Source: an uncultured virus (IMG/VR IMGVR_UViG_3300046791_000665) (taxonomy: Duplodnaviria > Heunggongvirae > Uroviricota > Caudoviricetes). Taken from it: a DNA stretch of 64,000 nucleotides. Below are positions 10,312-18,854 of the stretch, in pieces (the first letter of the stretch is position 1; each line of letters begins with the position of its first letter). The notes under the pieces are model-generated. The model made no database searches and was not told where the DNA came from. It saw only the letters and a list, made by a program, of their open reading frames with translations. The stretch lies in IMG/VR virus record IMGVR_UViG_3300046791_000665; one strand, written 5' to 3'. The position numbers and the translations under genes are program-made.

Positions 10312-13300
10312 CGCTGCTCGCCCCCACTAAGGTCTCCCTGGAGATTCAGCGGATTTGGAATCTGCCGAGGCGTCCGCCCGTCAACTGCGAGCGTCTGCCA
10401 GGAACGCGGCTCTACGCACCCGAGACGCAGGCACTCGTGGATGTGGTGACGGAGCGCTACTCGCGTGGTCCGAGGAAGTGCAATTGCGCCGAGGAGATCG
10501 GGCACCCGTGCATCACGACGCTGCGAGCGGAGCAGGCGTGGACGCTGTGGGAGATGCCGGAAACTAGAGGGATTCACGGGCTTAAGGGTGTTGGAAGCGG
10601 GAAGTGCGTCGGAGCAGAAACAGAAGTTTTTGATTTGAAGAATGCTCGACGACGTTTCGCGGCAGAATCTGGGCTACTGACTGTCGCATCTCTCAACGAC
10701 GGGGTGTTGAGCCCGCGCGATGGAGAGGCTTTTCCGTCGGGGCAAAAACATTGCTGCAAACTACTTTTGGCCGATGGCTCTGAGATCGTTCTCAGTCTCG
10801 ATCATAAGGTCTATACACACCGAGGCTGGGTAGAGGCGCAGAAACTTACGCCGGATGATTTCGTGGCAGTTCCTACGAGATTGCCAGAGTCGCAAAATTC
10901 GACGAACGCAACAGATGACGAAGTAGCGTTAGTAGCTTTGATGTTGGCAGATGGCGGGTGTAGTGCAGGAACACCGTCATTTACTAATGAAACTCCGAGT
11001 GTGCTTAGAGAGTTTCAGCGGTTGGCTAATAGTGTTTGTTATGGGTTTTCAGAAGATAAGTCAGAGTCTAATGCGAGAGAGTTTAACCTTCTCGGATCTC
11101 AAGGGCAGCGTGCCAACGGAAAACATGGAACTGGCTTTAGAGATAAGTGGGATTTGTTTGGGCTGGCAAAAGAAAAACGCGTTAAAGCGGAAATTTGGGG
11201 GCTACCGTTACGTCAAGTAGCGCTTTTTCTAAATCGTTTTTGGGCTTGTGACGGGCATGTCTCGAAACTCGAACTAGAGTGCACGCTAGCATCTGAAAAA
11301 TTAATAGATGACTTGAAGTTTCTACTTCTCAGAATAGGAGTGAGAAGTCGAAAGCATTATAAGAAAGCAACTTGTAACGACAAAGTGTTTGATGCGTGGA
11401 GACTCTCTATTTCAGGCAAGGACGCTCTTACATTTTTCAACATAGTCGGTGAAATTTTAGGCAAAGAGCCGGCATGTGCTCGTCTGAAAGCTAAGCTGAA
11501 CGGGACAAAGCGAAACACAAATTTCGATGTTGTGCCGATTGGGCGCCCAGAGTTGTACGAGATTTGTGATGAGTTAGAATTTCCGAAACGCGGCAGCGGT
11601 AGCTGGACGACGAAAAAAGGATCTCGTGGAGGATCGCCTCGAACAACACTAGTCAGGGGTTTTTTCAAGGCGACTGCTGGGCAATACGTGTCTCGAGGGC
11701 GTTTTATTGAGTTTTGCAAAATTTATAAATATAACGGGCGCTACGCCCATTTAGCTGCAGAGGATATCGCGTGGGAGCGCGTCGCTAAGATTACTGACGA
11801 GGGGGTTCAAGACGTATTCGATCTGTCTGTTCCTGTTACTCATAATTTTGTGGCGAACAATATGGTTGTGCACAATACGATCAGCGGCATCATCGCGCCG
11901 CTCGCCTTTCCGAAATGCGAGCGTGCCGTTCTCCTCGCGAAGTCATCGCAGCGGTTGCACTACCAGCTGCACTGGAAGCGCCTGTACGAGCATTTCTTCG
12001 TGCCGTCGTTCATCTTCGACGACGGTGCCGCGGGATTCATCGTTGACGATGAGGGGGTCAGGCGCGAATTCGCGCAGCGCTTCGGGCGGCCGATCCCGGC
12101 GCTGCACTTCTTTCCGTACTCGCGCCTGTCGCGCCCAGAGTCGACGGACTGGCTCGAGCGAATGGATCCGAATCTCGTGGTGGCGGACGAAAGCCACTGC
12201 GTGGCCGGTGAGAGTGTCAGATCAACCCGTCTCAAGCGATTCTTCGTCAGCCAGAACAACAAGAACTCCCCAGTCGACCTCTGCGATTGGTCGGGAACGC
12301 TGATTAAGAAGGGCATCTGCGATACCTCGCACCTCGCGGCGTTCGCGCTCGGTGTCGGGTCACCGCAACCGATCGGTGACGAGGAGGCGCTCGCGGTCGG
12401 TTTGGTCGTCGATCCGTCGCGCCAAGCGGATTCTCGCTCGGAGACGGCCGAGTTGCTCCACAGCACGTTCGCACCGGACGCACCCGGAAACGACATCTTC
12501 TACCCGGTCGCTGCGGTCCGGGAGGGCCTGAAGCAGCGGTTGATCGAGACGCCGGGCGTCATCTCAACGAGGGCGCACGCCATTGACTGCGCGCTCTACC
12601 TGCACAAGCGCGACGCGCCGCCGATGCCGGAGGCGGTGAAGCGGGCGCTTGCGGCGATGCGCGCCGAGAAGCCGGAGCGCCCCGACGGCGAGGTGATCGC
12701 GGACGCCGCCGAGAAGGCTGCCGTGACGCGAGAAGTTGGACTGGGCTTCTACAACCACTGGGTCTTTAAGAAGGAAGATCCCGACGAGAAGATCCAGGAC
12801 TGGTTTGACAAGCGGAAGGCGTACTGCCACGAGTTGCGCGTGAAACTCCAGCACGCGGAGATTCACCTCGATTCGCCGATGCTCTGCTACAACGCGGCAG
12901 AGCGGGCGTGGCGCGTGCCACGCTACGAGGGCGATCTCCCGGTGTGGCCGTCGGAGGCGTGGCAGCCGTGGCACGAAGTCAAGGACACGATCTGGCACGA
13001 TTCGAGAACGACGTGGATCGTCGACGAGCAGGAGAACGTCGTCGGTGACTGGATGGCGAAAGATGCTGCGGCATGGGCAAAGGAGCATCGCGGTATTGTT
13101 TGGGTGAAGTCGGTCGCGTTTGGGAAGAAGATTGCGGAGCTTGCCGGGATCAATTATCACGGCGGCGGCCCGGACGCCGAGCGTCTCATCATGGCGGAGA
13201 AGGGGGAGAAGTCGATCGTTGTCTCCATCCCGGCGCACGGAGAATCTCGAGACGGACTTCAGTACCTGTACTCCGAGCAGTTCATCACGCAGCTGCCGCC

Positions 13301-13502
13301 GAGCGGGCACGGGTGTGAGCAGCTTCTCGGCAGGCTCGCGCGCGATGGGCAGAAGGAAGACGAAATTGCCACGTGGGTCTGGCAGCACATACCAGAATTC
13401 AAAGATGATTTGAGGCGCGCGATTCAGCTGGCGGAGTTCATCGAGCAGACAACGCCGAACAGGCAGTGGCTGGCGATGGCAGACAGAAGCTTTGAGATAT
13501 GA
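10308..13502 (+). CDS. SF2 (SNF2/DEAD-like) helicase containing an intein
   Basis: Walker A GVGSGK|T split by the intein; VADESH; SGT; QLLGRLARDGQ motif VI. Confidence 0.85.
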   Translation: MTLLAPTKVSLEIQRIWNLPRRPPVNCERLPGTRLYAPETQALVDVVTERYSRGPRKCNCAEEIGHPCITTLRAEQAWTLWEMPETRGIHGLKGVGSGKCVGAETEVFDLKNARRRFAAESGLLTVASLNDGVLSPRDGEAFPSGQKHCCKLLLADGSEIVLSLDHKVYTHRGWVEAQKLTPDDFVAVPTRLPESQNSTNATDDEVALVALMLADGGCSAGTPSFTNETPSVLREFQRLANSVCYGFSEDKSESNAREFNLLGSQGQRANGKHGTGFRDKWDLFGLAKEKRVKAEIWGLPLRQVALFLNRFWACDGHVSKLELECTLASEKLIDDLKFLLLRIGVRSRKHYKKATCNDKVFDAWRLSISGKDALTFFNIVGEILGKEPACARLKAKLNGTKRNTNFDVVPIGRPELYEICDELEFPKRGSGSWTTKKGSRGGSPRTTLVRGFFKATAGQYVSRGRFIEFCKIYKYNGRYAHLAAEDIAWERVAKITDEGVQDVFDLSVPVTHNFVANNMVVHNTISGIIAPLAFPKCERAVLLAKSSQRLHYQLHWKRLYEHFFVPSFIFDDGAAGFIVDDEGVRREFAQRFGRPIPALHFFPYSRLSRPESTDWLERMDPNLVVADESHCVAGESVRSTRLKRFFVSQNNKNSPVDLCDWSGTLIKKGICDTSHLAAFALGVGSPQPIGDEEALAVGLVVDPSRQADSRSETAELLHSTFAPDAPGNDIFYPVAAVREGLKQRLIETPGVISTRAHAIDCALYLHKRDAPPMPEAVKRALAAMRAEKPERPDGEVIADAAEKAAVTREVGLGFYNHWVFKKEDPDEKIQDWFDKRKAYCHELRVKLQHAEIHLDSPMLCYNAAERAWRVPRYEGDLPVWPSEAWQPWHEVKDTIWHDSRTTWIVDEQENVVGDWMAKDAAAWAKEHRGIVWVKSVAFGKKIAELAGINYHGGGPDAERLIMAEKGEKSIVVSIPAHGESRDGLQYLYSEQFITQLPPSGHGCEQLLGRLARDGQKEDEIATWVWQHIPEFKDDLRRAIQLAEFIEQTTPNRQWLAMADRSFEI
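10605..11876 (+). mobile_element. intein with LAGLIDADG homing endonuclease (424 aa)
   Basis: Starts CVGAET, SLDHKVYT block B, LMLADG and FWACDG, ends HNFVANNMVVHN|T; lower GC than its flanks. Confidence 0.92.
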
Positions 13503-16108
13503 GCGAACAAGAAATAGTCATCGGCGACTGCATCGAACTGCTTCGGCAGATGCGGGAGAACTGCGTCGACGCCGTCGTGTGCGATCCGCCGTACGGGCTC
13601 TCGAAGGAACCGGACATCACTGAGGTTATGCGCCACTGGATCGCGGGTGATCGCTATGATCACGGCGGTTCAGGTTTCATGGGGAAGTCCTGGGACTCAT
13701 TCGTTCCCGGACCGGAGTACTGGCGAGAGTGCTATCGCGTGATCAAGCCGGGCGGGCACCTCCTCGCGTTTTCGTCAACGAGGACGGATGATCTGCTCTC
13801 GATCGCGATTCGTTTTGCGGGGTTTGAGCGCAAAGACTCTATTCGATGTGAGGGTGCGGGATCGCTTTCCTGGGTGTACGGGCAAGGGTTCCCAAAGTCG
13901 ATCAACCTGGGTCGCGACGTCGACATGCACCTCTGCGCGCTGCCCGGCCGGCACTACGACAAGACGTTGCCGAAGGCGGAGAAGCTGCTCGCGGGCGATC
14001 ACCTCTGTCCTGCCCATCCGACGGGAGATCCGTGGCGCGGCTGGGGTTCGGCGCTCAAGCCTGCGTGGGAGCCTGTGCTCGTGTTTCGTAAGCCGTTCGA
14101 AGGGACGTATGCGGAGAATGTGCTCGAGTATGGGACAGGGGCGATCAATATCGATAGCTGTAGAATCGGTTTTGCATCTTCAGCTGACGAAGAGGAATCG
14201 AAGAAGAAGAATCAGCATGAAAATTTCGGTTCTGGGCCTCGATCCAATCTAATTTTTGGAGACGATTCGAAAAAAGATCGACCAAACTATAGCGCAACCG
14301 GGCGTTGGCCCGCGAATATTACGATTTGTCATCTTGATGAGTGTGCACGTGTCGTACAAAGAAAAATTCGATCGAACGGGCATTACCCGGCAGCGCGTCC
14401 CGGAGGTTCTGAGATAGCGGGACCGGCCGGTCATGCTGGACAGGAAAACCTCGAAGAACGCCACACTGACGGAGAGACGGTCGAAGTGTGGGAGTGCGCA
14501 GAGGGTTGTCCGGTTGCGATGCTCGATGCGCAGAGCGGCGAGTCCGATAAGGGCGGAGCCTCCCGCTTCTTCTACATCGCAAAACCTTCGCGTTCTGAAC
14601 GAGAGGCAGGCTGCGAATCCATTCCTTCGCGTTCTGGCGCCGCTGCAGTCAACCGCGAGGAGGGCAGCGCGGGCGTGCAGAACCCGCGCGCAGGGGCAGG
14701 GCGTACGGCGAAGGAGGTTCGGAACGCACACCCGACGGTGAAGCCCGTTGCTCTCATGCGTTGGCTCGTGCGCCTCGTCACGCCCACGAACGGACTCGTG
14801 CTCGATCCGTTCGCAGGCTCCGGCACGACGGGGTGCGCCTGCGCGCTCGAGAACTTCAACTTCATCGGCTTTGAAAAAGAAGCAGAGTACGCGCCGATCG
14901 CGCAGGCTCGCATAAAACACTGGCAAAAAATCGCTTTTGATAACCAGAGAGCGTTTGCAAACAAAACGCTTGACTCCTGCCTGCCCGAGCAGGCAGAGTC
15001 TCTCTCACATGCCCCCGAAGAAAAAGTCGACAGCCGCATCGAAAGCTGCAAAGACGCTGTCGAAACTGGGGGCTTCGAAAGGAGGTCTGGCACGAGCGGC
15101 GGCGATGACGCCGCGAGAGAGGCAGGAGAGCGCGCGGACGGCAGCGAATGCGCGGTACGAGAAGAAGGGCAAGGCACCACCGCGAGCGTGAATGTAGTCG
15201 GTAGCGGTTGCGAAAACGATTTCAACAACGAGAACAGGAGCGAAACAAACATGGCACAGCTTCCCAAGGATATGGCCGAGTCCGTCGGCAAGTCGCGCGT
15301 CGCCGGAGGGGGAATCTATATACAGTACGGGGACTACGTGATGATGGTGGACAAGTGGTTCTTCCAGCACATCCAGGACCGCTGCATCATCCTGAACGTG
15401 ATCCCGGTCGAGTCGAAGAAGAAGGTCGTCTTCGAGGGCGACAAGAAGGTCGATCAGGATCCGAACCCGGTCGGCCAGCAGTGCGGTTCGACGGCGAACT
15501 TCGACGGCGCCGCGAAGCTCTCCGCGCCGTCGAACTCGCGGGCGCCCGTGCTCGGGCTCTTCGGGCTGAAGGAGAACGACGTCCCCGATGGGACGGTTTC
15601 CGAGACGCTGCAGTACGTGTGCAATGACCCGACCCCGGCGGCCGGGATGCTGCTCCTGTGCTCGGCGTACCCGAAGGAGATCCGGTCGAAGAAGGGCGAG
15701 TACATCACCGGACTCGAGTGGGATTGCGTGAACAAGCCCGGTGAGGGACTGAACGCGCCCGCGCTGGTGAAGGAGCGCCTGGACGCCTTCGCCATCTCGG
15801 CGGAGAAGGGCGTCGAGGTCGCGACGCGGCAGCTTCAGCAGGCGCGCGCCTCGGGCGCCCTGGTGGTCGCCGCCCCCCCGGCTCCGACCGCACCCGCGAA
15901 CGGTGCGGCTCTCGCGCCCCCCGCGCCCCCGGCTCCGCCCGCGCCCCCGGTGGCGGCGGCTCCGCCCGCCCCTCCGGCGCCCCCGAAGAACCCCTTCGAG
16001 GGCTGGCAGAAGAACCCGAACGCGCAGGGTTGGTGGTTCCGTCCGAACCCGACCCAGCCGGGCGGCTTCGAGCAGAAGCTCGAGACCGACATCGCCGCGG
16101 GTCGGTAG
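13499..16108 (+). CDS. N4/N6 DNA methyltransferase (domain ends near 14930; frame stays open into the next gene)
   Basis: GDCIE, DPPY, HPTVKPVALMRWL, VLDPFAGSGTTG. Confidence 0.85.
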   Translation: MSEQEIVIGDCIELLRQMRENCVDAVVCDPPYGLSKEPDITEVMRHWIAGDRYDHGGSGFMGKSWDSFVPGPEYWRECYRVIKPGGHLLAFSSTRTDDLLSIAIRFAGFERKDSIRCEGAGSLSWVYGQGFPKSINLGRDVDMHLCALPGRHYDKTLPKAEKLLAGDHLCPAHPTGDPWRGWGSALKPAWEPVLVFRKPFEGTYAENVLEYGTGAINIDSCRIGFASSADEEESKKKNQHENFGSGPRSNLIFGDDSKKDRPNYSATGRWPANITICHLDECARVVQRKIRSNGHYPAARPGGSEIAGPAGHAGQENLEERHTDGETVEVWECAEGCPVAMLDAQSGESDKGGASRFFYIAKPSRSEREAGCESIPSRSGAAAVNREEGSAGVQNPRAGAGRTAKEVRNAHPTVKPVALMRWLVRLVTPTNGLVLDPFAGSGTTGCACALENFNFIGFEKEAEYAPIAQARIKHWQKIAFDNQRAFANKTLDSCLPEQAESLSHAPEEKVDSRIESCKDAVETGGFERRSGTSGGDDAAREAGERADGSECAVREEGQGTTASVNVVGSGCENDFNNENRSETNMAQLPKDMAESVGKSRVAGGGIYIQYGDYVMMVDKWFFQHIQDRCIILNVIPVESKKKVVFEGDKKVDQDPNPVGQQCGSTANFDGAAKLSAPSNSRAPVLGLFGLKENDVPDGTVSETLQYVCNDPTPAAGMLLLCSAYPKEIRSKKGEYITGLEWDCVNKPGEGLNAPALVKERLDAFAISAEKGVEVATRQLQQARASGALVVAAPPAPTAPANGAALAPPAPPAPPAPPVAAAPPAPPAPPKNPFEGWQKNPNAQGWWFRPNPTQPGGFEQKLETDIAAGR
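15009..15191 (+). CDS. small basic KGG-ARA-type protein
   Basis: SKGGLARAAAMTPRERQESARTAANARY; own promoter TTGACT-N18-CAGAGT at 14970-14999. Confidence 0.65.
   Translation: MPPKKKSTAASKAAKTLSKLGASKGGLARAAAMTPRERQESARTAANARYEKKGKAPPRA
15251..16108 (+). CDS. putative ssDNA-binding/replication accessory protein with Pro-rich tail
   Basis: AGGAG SD before the ATG; position in the replication module; function inferred from context only. Confidence 0.5.
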   Translation: MAQLPKDMAESVGKSRVAGGGIYIQYGDYVMMVDKWFFQHIQDRCIILNVIPVESKKKVVFEGDKKVDQDPNPVGQQCGSTANFDGAAKLSAPSNSRAPVLGLFGLKENDVPDGTVSETLQYVCNDPTPAAGMLLLCSAYPKEIRSKKGEYITGLEWDCVNKPGEGLNAPALVKERLDAFAISAEKGVEVATRQLQQARASGALVVAAPPAPTAPANGAALAPPAPPAPPAPPVAAAPPAPPAPPKNPFEGWQKNPNAQGWWFRPNPTQPGGFEQKLETDIAAGR

Positions 16109-16122
16109 CACGCTGTAGGAAA

Positions 16123-16219
16123 GGGTGTCGCTCGGCTCTGCTGCCGCCTGCGCTTGGGGCTCCCCCTCCTCCGGCGGTGCTCGGCGCGGGTCCGAGCGAC
16201 ACCCCCTTTTCTCTTTCTC
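16123..16219 (+). terminator. long hairpin plus U/C tract (terminator or small RNA)
   Basis: GGGTGTCGCTCGG (16123-35) pairs with CCGAGCGACACCC (16192-204), followed by CCTTTTCTCTTTC. Confidence 0.55.
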
Positions 16220-16226
16220 CTGAGGG

Positions 16227-18008
16227 GTGCGCCCGTTGTCCTTCCTCGTCGACGGAAAATTTGCTCATGGGAAGTACGAGGGGCAAGTCGCGTCCGATGT
16301 GGCGCGCCGCGATCCGTCCTATATCGATTGGGTGTGGGCTTCCCGTGACAACCTCGCGCTCTCCATCGATGAGGAGGGAGTCTTTCTGGACATCCTCCAC
16401 CCGACGCCCCCGATCCAGGTTCTCGATGAGCCCCCGTGGGCGCACTGGCCGAAGGTCTGGTCAGAAGACGACGCGACGATGAACGATCCGGACCACGAGA
16501 GCGTTTGTGACGCGTGGGTGGAGCGGTACGGCGAGGATTTCGACGAGAAGGACGCTATCGCTGTCTTCGACGGCGGTGACTGCATGTGTTACCTGATGGC
16601 GGGCGGGCGCGTGCTCGAGCAGTCTTACCCAGGCAATTCGCGGATCCTCCAGTGCCCGCCGCCCCCTCCGCCCCCGCTGGCGCTCGTGCCGTACGCAGAG
16701 ACCGTCGAGGGCGTCGTTGACGATCTGCCTCCACCGCCGCCGCCGGCAGGCTTCTTCAAGCCGCGCGTCTCCGTCAACTGGAACGAGGGACAGCGCGCGG
16801 CGCTCGATGCGATCGAGCGGTGGAAGCGCGGGCATAGCGCGTTCACGGCACTCACCGGTCCCGCGGGCGCCGGAAAAAGCACGCTCCTGCGCGAGGTCGT
16901 CGAGAGCTTCACGGATGTGACATTGACGGCGATGACGGGGAAGGCCGCGCTGCGCGTGGCGCAGTTGACCGAATGCAATGCGAGTACGCTCCACGCGAAG
17001 ATGTACTACCCCCCGCAGCCCGGCCAGGGGATGAAGTTTACGCGCTTGCGCGAAGCGCCATCGAAGTACGTGGTCGTGGATGAATCCTCGATGATGACGC
17101 CTTCGGTCTTCCGAGATTTCGAGCGGTGGGGCGTGCGCGCGATCTTGGTCGGCGACCCGTACCAGCTGCCGCCCGTGATCACGGGTGAGGAGCTTCAGGA
17201 ATTTGGAGAGGACTACTCGGTCTTCTCGCACGTCGGCGGTGTCGAACTCACCGAGGTCATGCGCAGTGCGGGCGGCGTGCTCAGGGCAGCGACGAGGGTG
17301 AGGGAGACAGGTCAGATCTGCGAGCAGTCCGACATGGACGCGCCTGACGAAGGTTATGAGTACGTGCGAGAACACTCGCCGATCGAGCGCGCGGTCGACG
17401 AGTTCTGCGCGAAGCCGATCGATCATCTTTTGGTGACTTGGAAAAATTCGACCAGGATGAACGCTAACAGAATGATCCGTGAACGTATTGGGCGCGAAGG
17501 GCCGCTCCCCGATGACGGAGAGCCGGTGCTGCTCAAGAAGAACGGCCAGGGGCACTTGAACGGGGAGATCGTGGAGTGTGGCGGGTTCGAGACGGGACCG
17601 ACGCTCGGGGGCTCGGTGAGGACGCTGTGGATGCGCGTGGGCAGGAAGCCGCCGCAGGAGAAGATCCTGGTGTCGATCGACGGCGGAAGCAAAGAACGCG
17701 GCGGGGAGATGTTCGATGGGCAGATGCCTTGGATCGAAAACTGGAAGAAGTACCACGTCGATTTGAAAAAACTGGTACTACCTGATCCGGTTCCGATCAC
17801 ATGGGGATACTGTGGTACGTGCCATTCCGTACAGGGTAGTGAATCGAAGCGCGTGACCGTTTTCCTAGAACGCAGTGACGTGCGCAGCAGAAACTTCAGA
17901 AAGCCAACCACACTCCCCGACGGCAGGATCGCCCCTTTCAGTGCCAGATTCGTTTATACGGCAACGACGCGAAGTAAACACCACTCCATTTTAATTGTAG
18001 GTAAATAA
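16227..18008 (+). CDS. RecD/Dda-like SF1B helicase with N-terminal FGKYxG-type small domain
   Basis: GPAGAGKST, VVDESSM, GDPYQLPPV, TCHSVQGSE, YTATTR; start uncertain. Confidence 0.85.
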   Translation: MRPLSFLVDGKFAHGKYEGQVASDVARRDPSYIDWVWASRDNLALSIDEEGVFLDILHPTPPIQVLDEPPWAHWPKVWSEDDATMNDPDHESVCDAWVERYGEDFDEKDAIAVFDGGDCMCYLMAGGRVLEQSYPGNSRILQCPPPPPPPLALVPYAETVEGVVDDLPPPPPPAGFFKPRVSVNWNEGQRAALDAIERWKRGHSAFTALTGPAGAGKSTLLREVVESFTDVTLTAMTGKAALRVAQLTECNASTLHAKMYYPPQPGQGMKFTRLREAPSKYVVVDESSMMTPSVFRDFERWGVRAILVGDPYQLPPVITGEELQEFGEDYSVFSHVGGVELTEVMRSAGGVLRAATRVRETGQICEQSDMDAPDEGYEYVREHSPIERAVDEFCAKPIDHLLVTWKNSTRMNANRMIRERIGREGPLPDDGEPVLLKKNGQGHLNGEIVECGGFETGPTLGGSVRTLWMRVGRKPPQEKILVSIDGGSKERGGEMFDGQMPWIENWKKYHVDLKKLVLPDPVPITWGYCGTCHSVQGSESKRVTVFLERSDVRSRNFRKPTTLPDGRIAPFSARFVYTATTRSKHHSILIVGK

Positions 18009-18011
18009 ACG

Positions 18012-18854
18012 ATGATCTGTAGTGAGTGCGGTGCTGATAAAGATGAGAAACTATTTGCAACATATAAAACTAGGAGCGGAGAAACGCGCAGAAGAGGCGT
18101 CTGTTGGAGTTGTCGAACAGATAGGTCTGCACAATACGCGCAAGATAATTTTGAAGTGCTGCAAAAATGGCGAAAACAATACAACACCAAAAATATGGAG
18201 AAGAAACGAGTTAGGGATGCTCAACGCAGATCGGAGATTAGGGCTTATACAGATAAGGTGAAAGATATTCCGTGTGCTGATTGTGGGATTAAATGGGTTT
18301 CGGTGGCGATGGACTTCGATCACGTTCGCGGAATAAAGTGCTACAGTATTGCGAAACTCGTTTCAGGTGCATATCGTATTGAGATTGTTAAAGCTGAAAT
18401 CGCTAAATGTGAAGTAGTCTGTGCGTGTTGCCACAGAATAAGAACACACTTTCGAAAAGAAAATTCGCCAAAACAGCCGCGTGAGAGTACAGCCGCCGAG
18501 GCGTGTATAGTTAACGATCAGAGGTCAATTAGTGAGAATACAAAACTCTCAGTAAATGGTGACGTGGTTGCGGTGGGGGATGTGATCAGGAACAGGTTTA
18601 TAGATTGGGTATCTCAGCCCTGGACGGTGAAGACAAATACCGAAATTGCGAATGATTTAGGAGTCGGTATTGCTGTTGTGTCAAGACGCAGACCGGATGG
18701 ACTACCGTGGCCAAAACGCAGTAATCGAGGTCGAGATTTACCTATAGATTGGGAATCTCAACCTTGGGGTGTTCTGACACAAAAAGAAATTGCGAAACGT
18801 CTAGGCGTATCGAGAGGGACTGTAAAGAGGCATGAGCCGATAGGTGTAAAGTGA
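18012..18854 (+). CDS. HNH homing endonuclease with C-terminal HTH repeats
   Basis: CADC...MDFDHV...KCEVVCACCHRIRT; AT-rich compared with neighbours. Confidence 0.8.
   Translation: MICSECGADKDEKLFATYKTRSGETRRRGVCWSCRTDRSAQYAQDNFEVLQKWRKQYNTKNMEKKRVRDAQRRSEIRAYTDKVKDIPCADCGIKWVSVAMDFDHVRGIKCYSIAKLVSGAYRIEIVKAEIAKCEVVCACCHRIRTHFRKENSPKQPRESTAAEACIVNDQRSISENTKLSVNGDVVAVGDVIRNRFIDWVSQPWTVKTNTEIANDLGVGIAVVSRRRPDGLPWPKRSNRGRDLPIDWESQPWGVLTQKEIAKRLGVSRGTVKRHEPIGVK

Noticed and set aside
6340..16000. GCC/CCG-rich low-complexity tracts as DNA repeats
   Set aside because: They are explained by Pro/Ala-rich protein linkers
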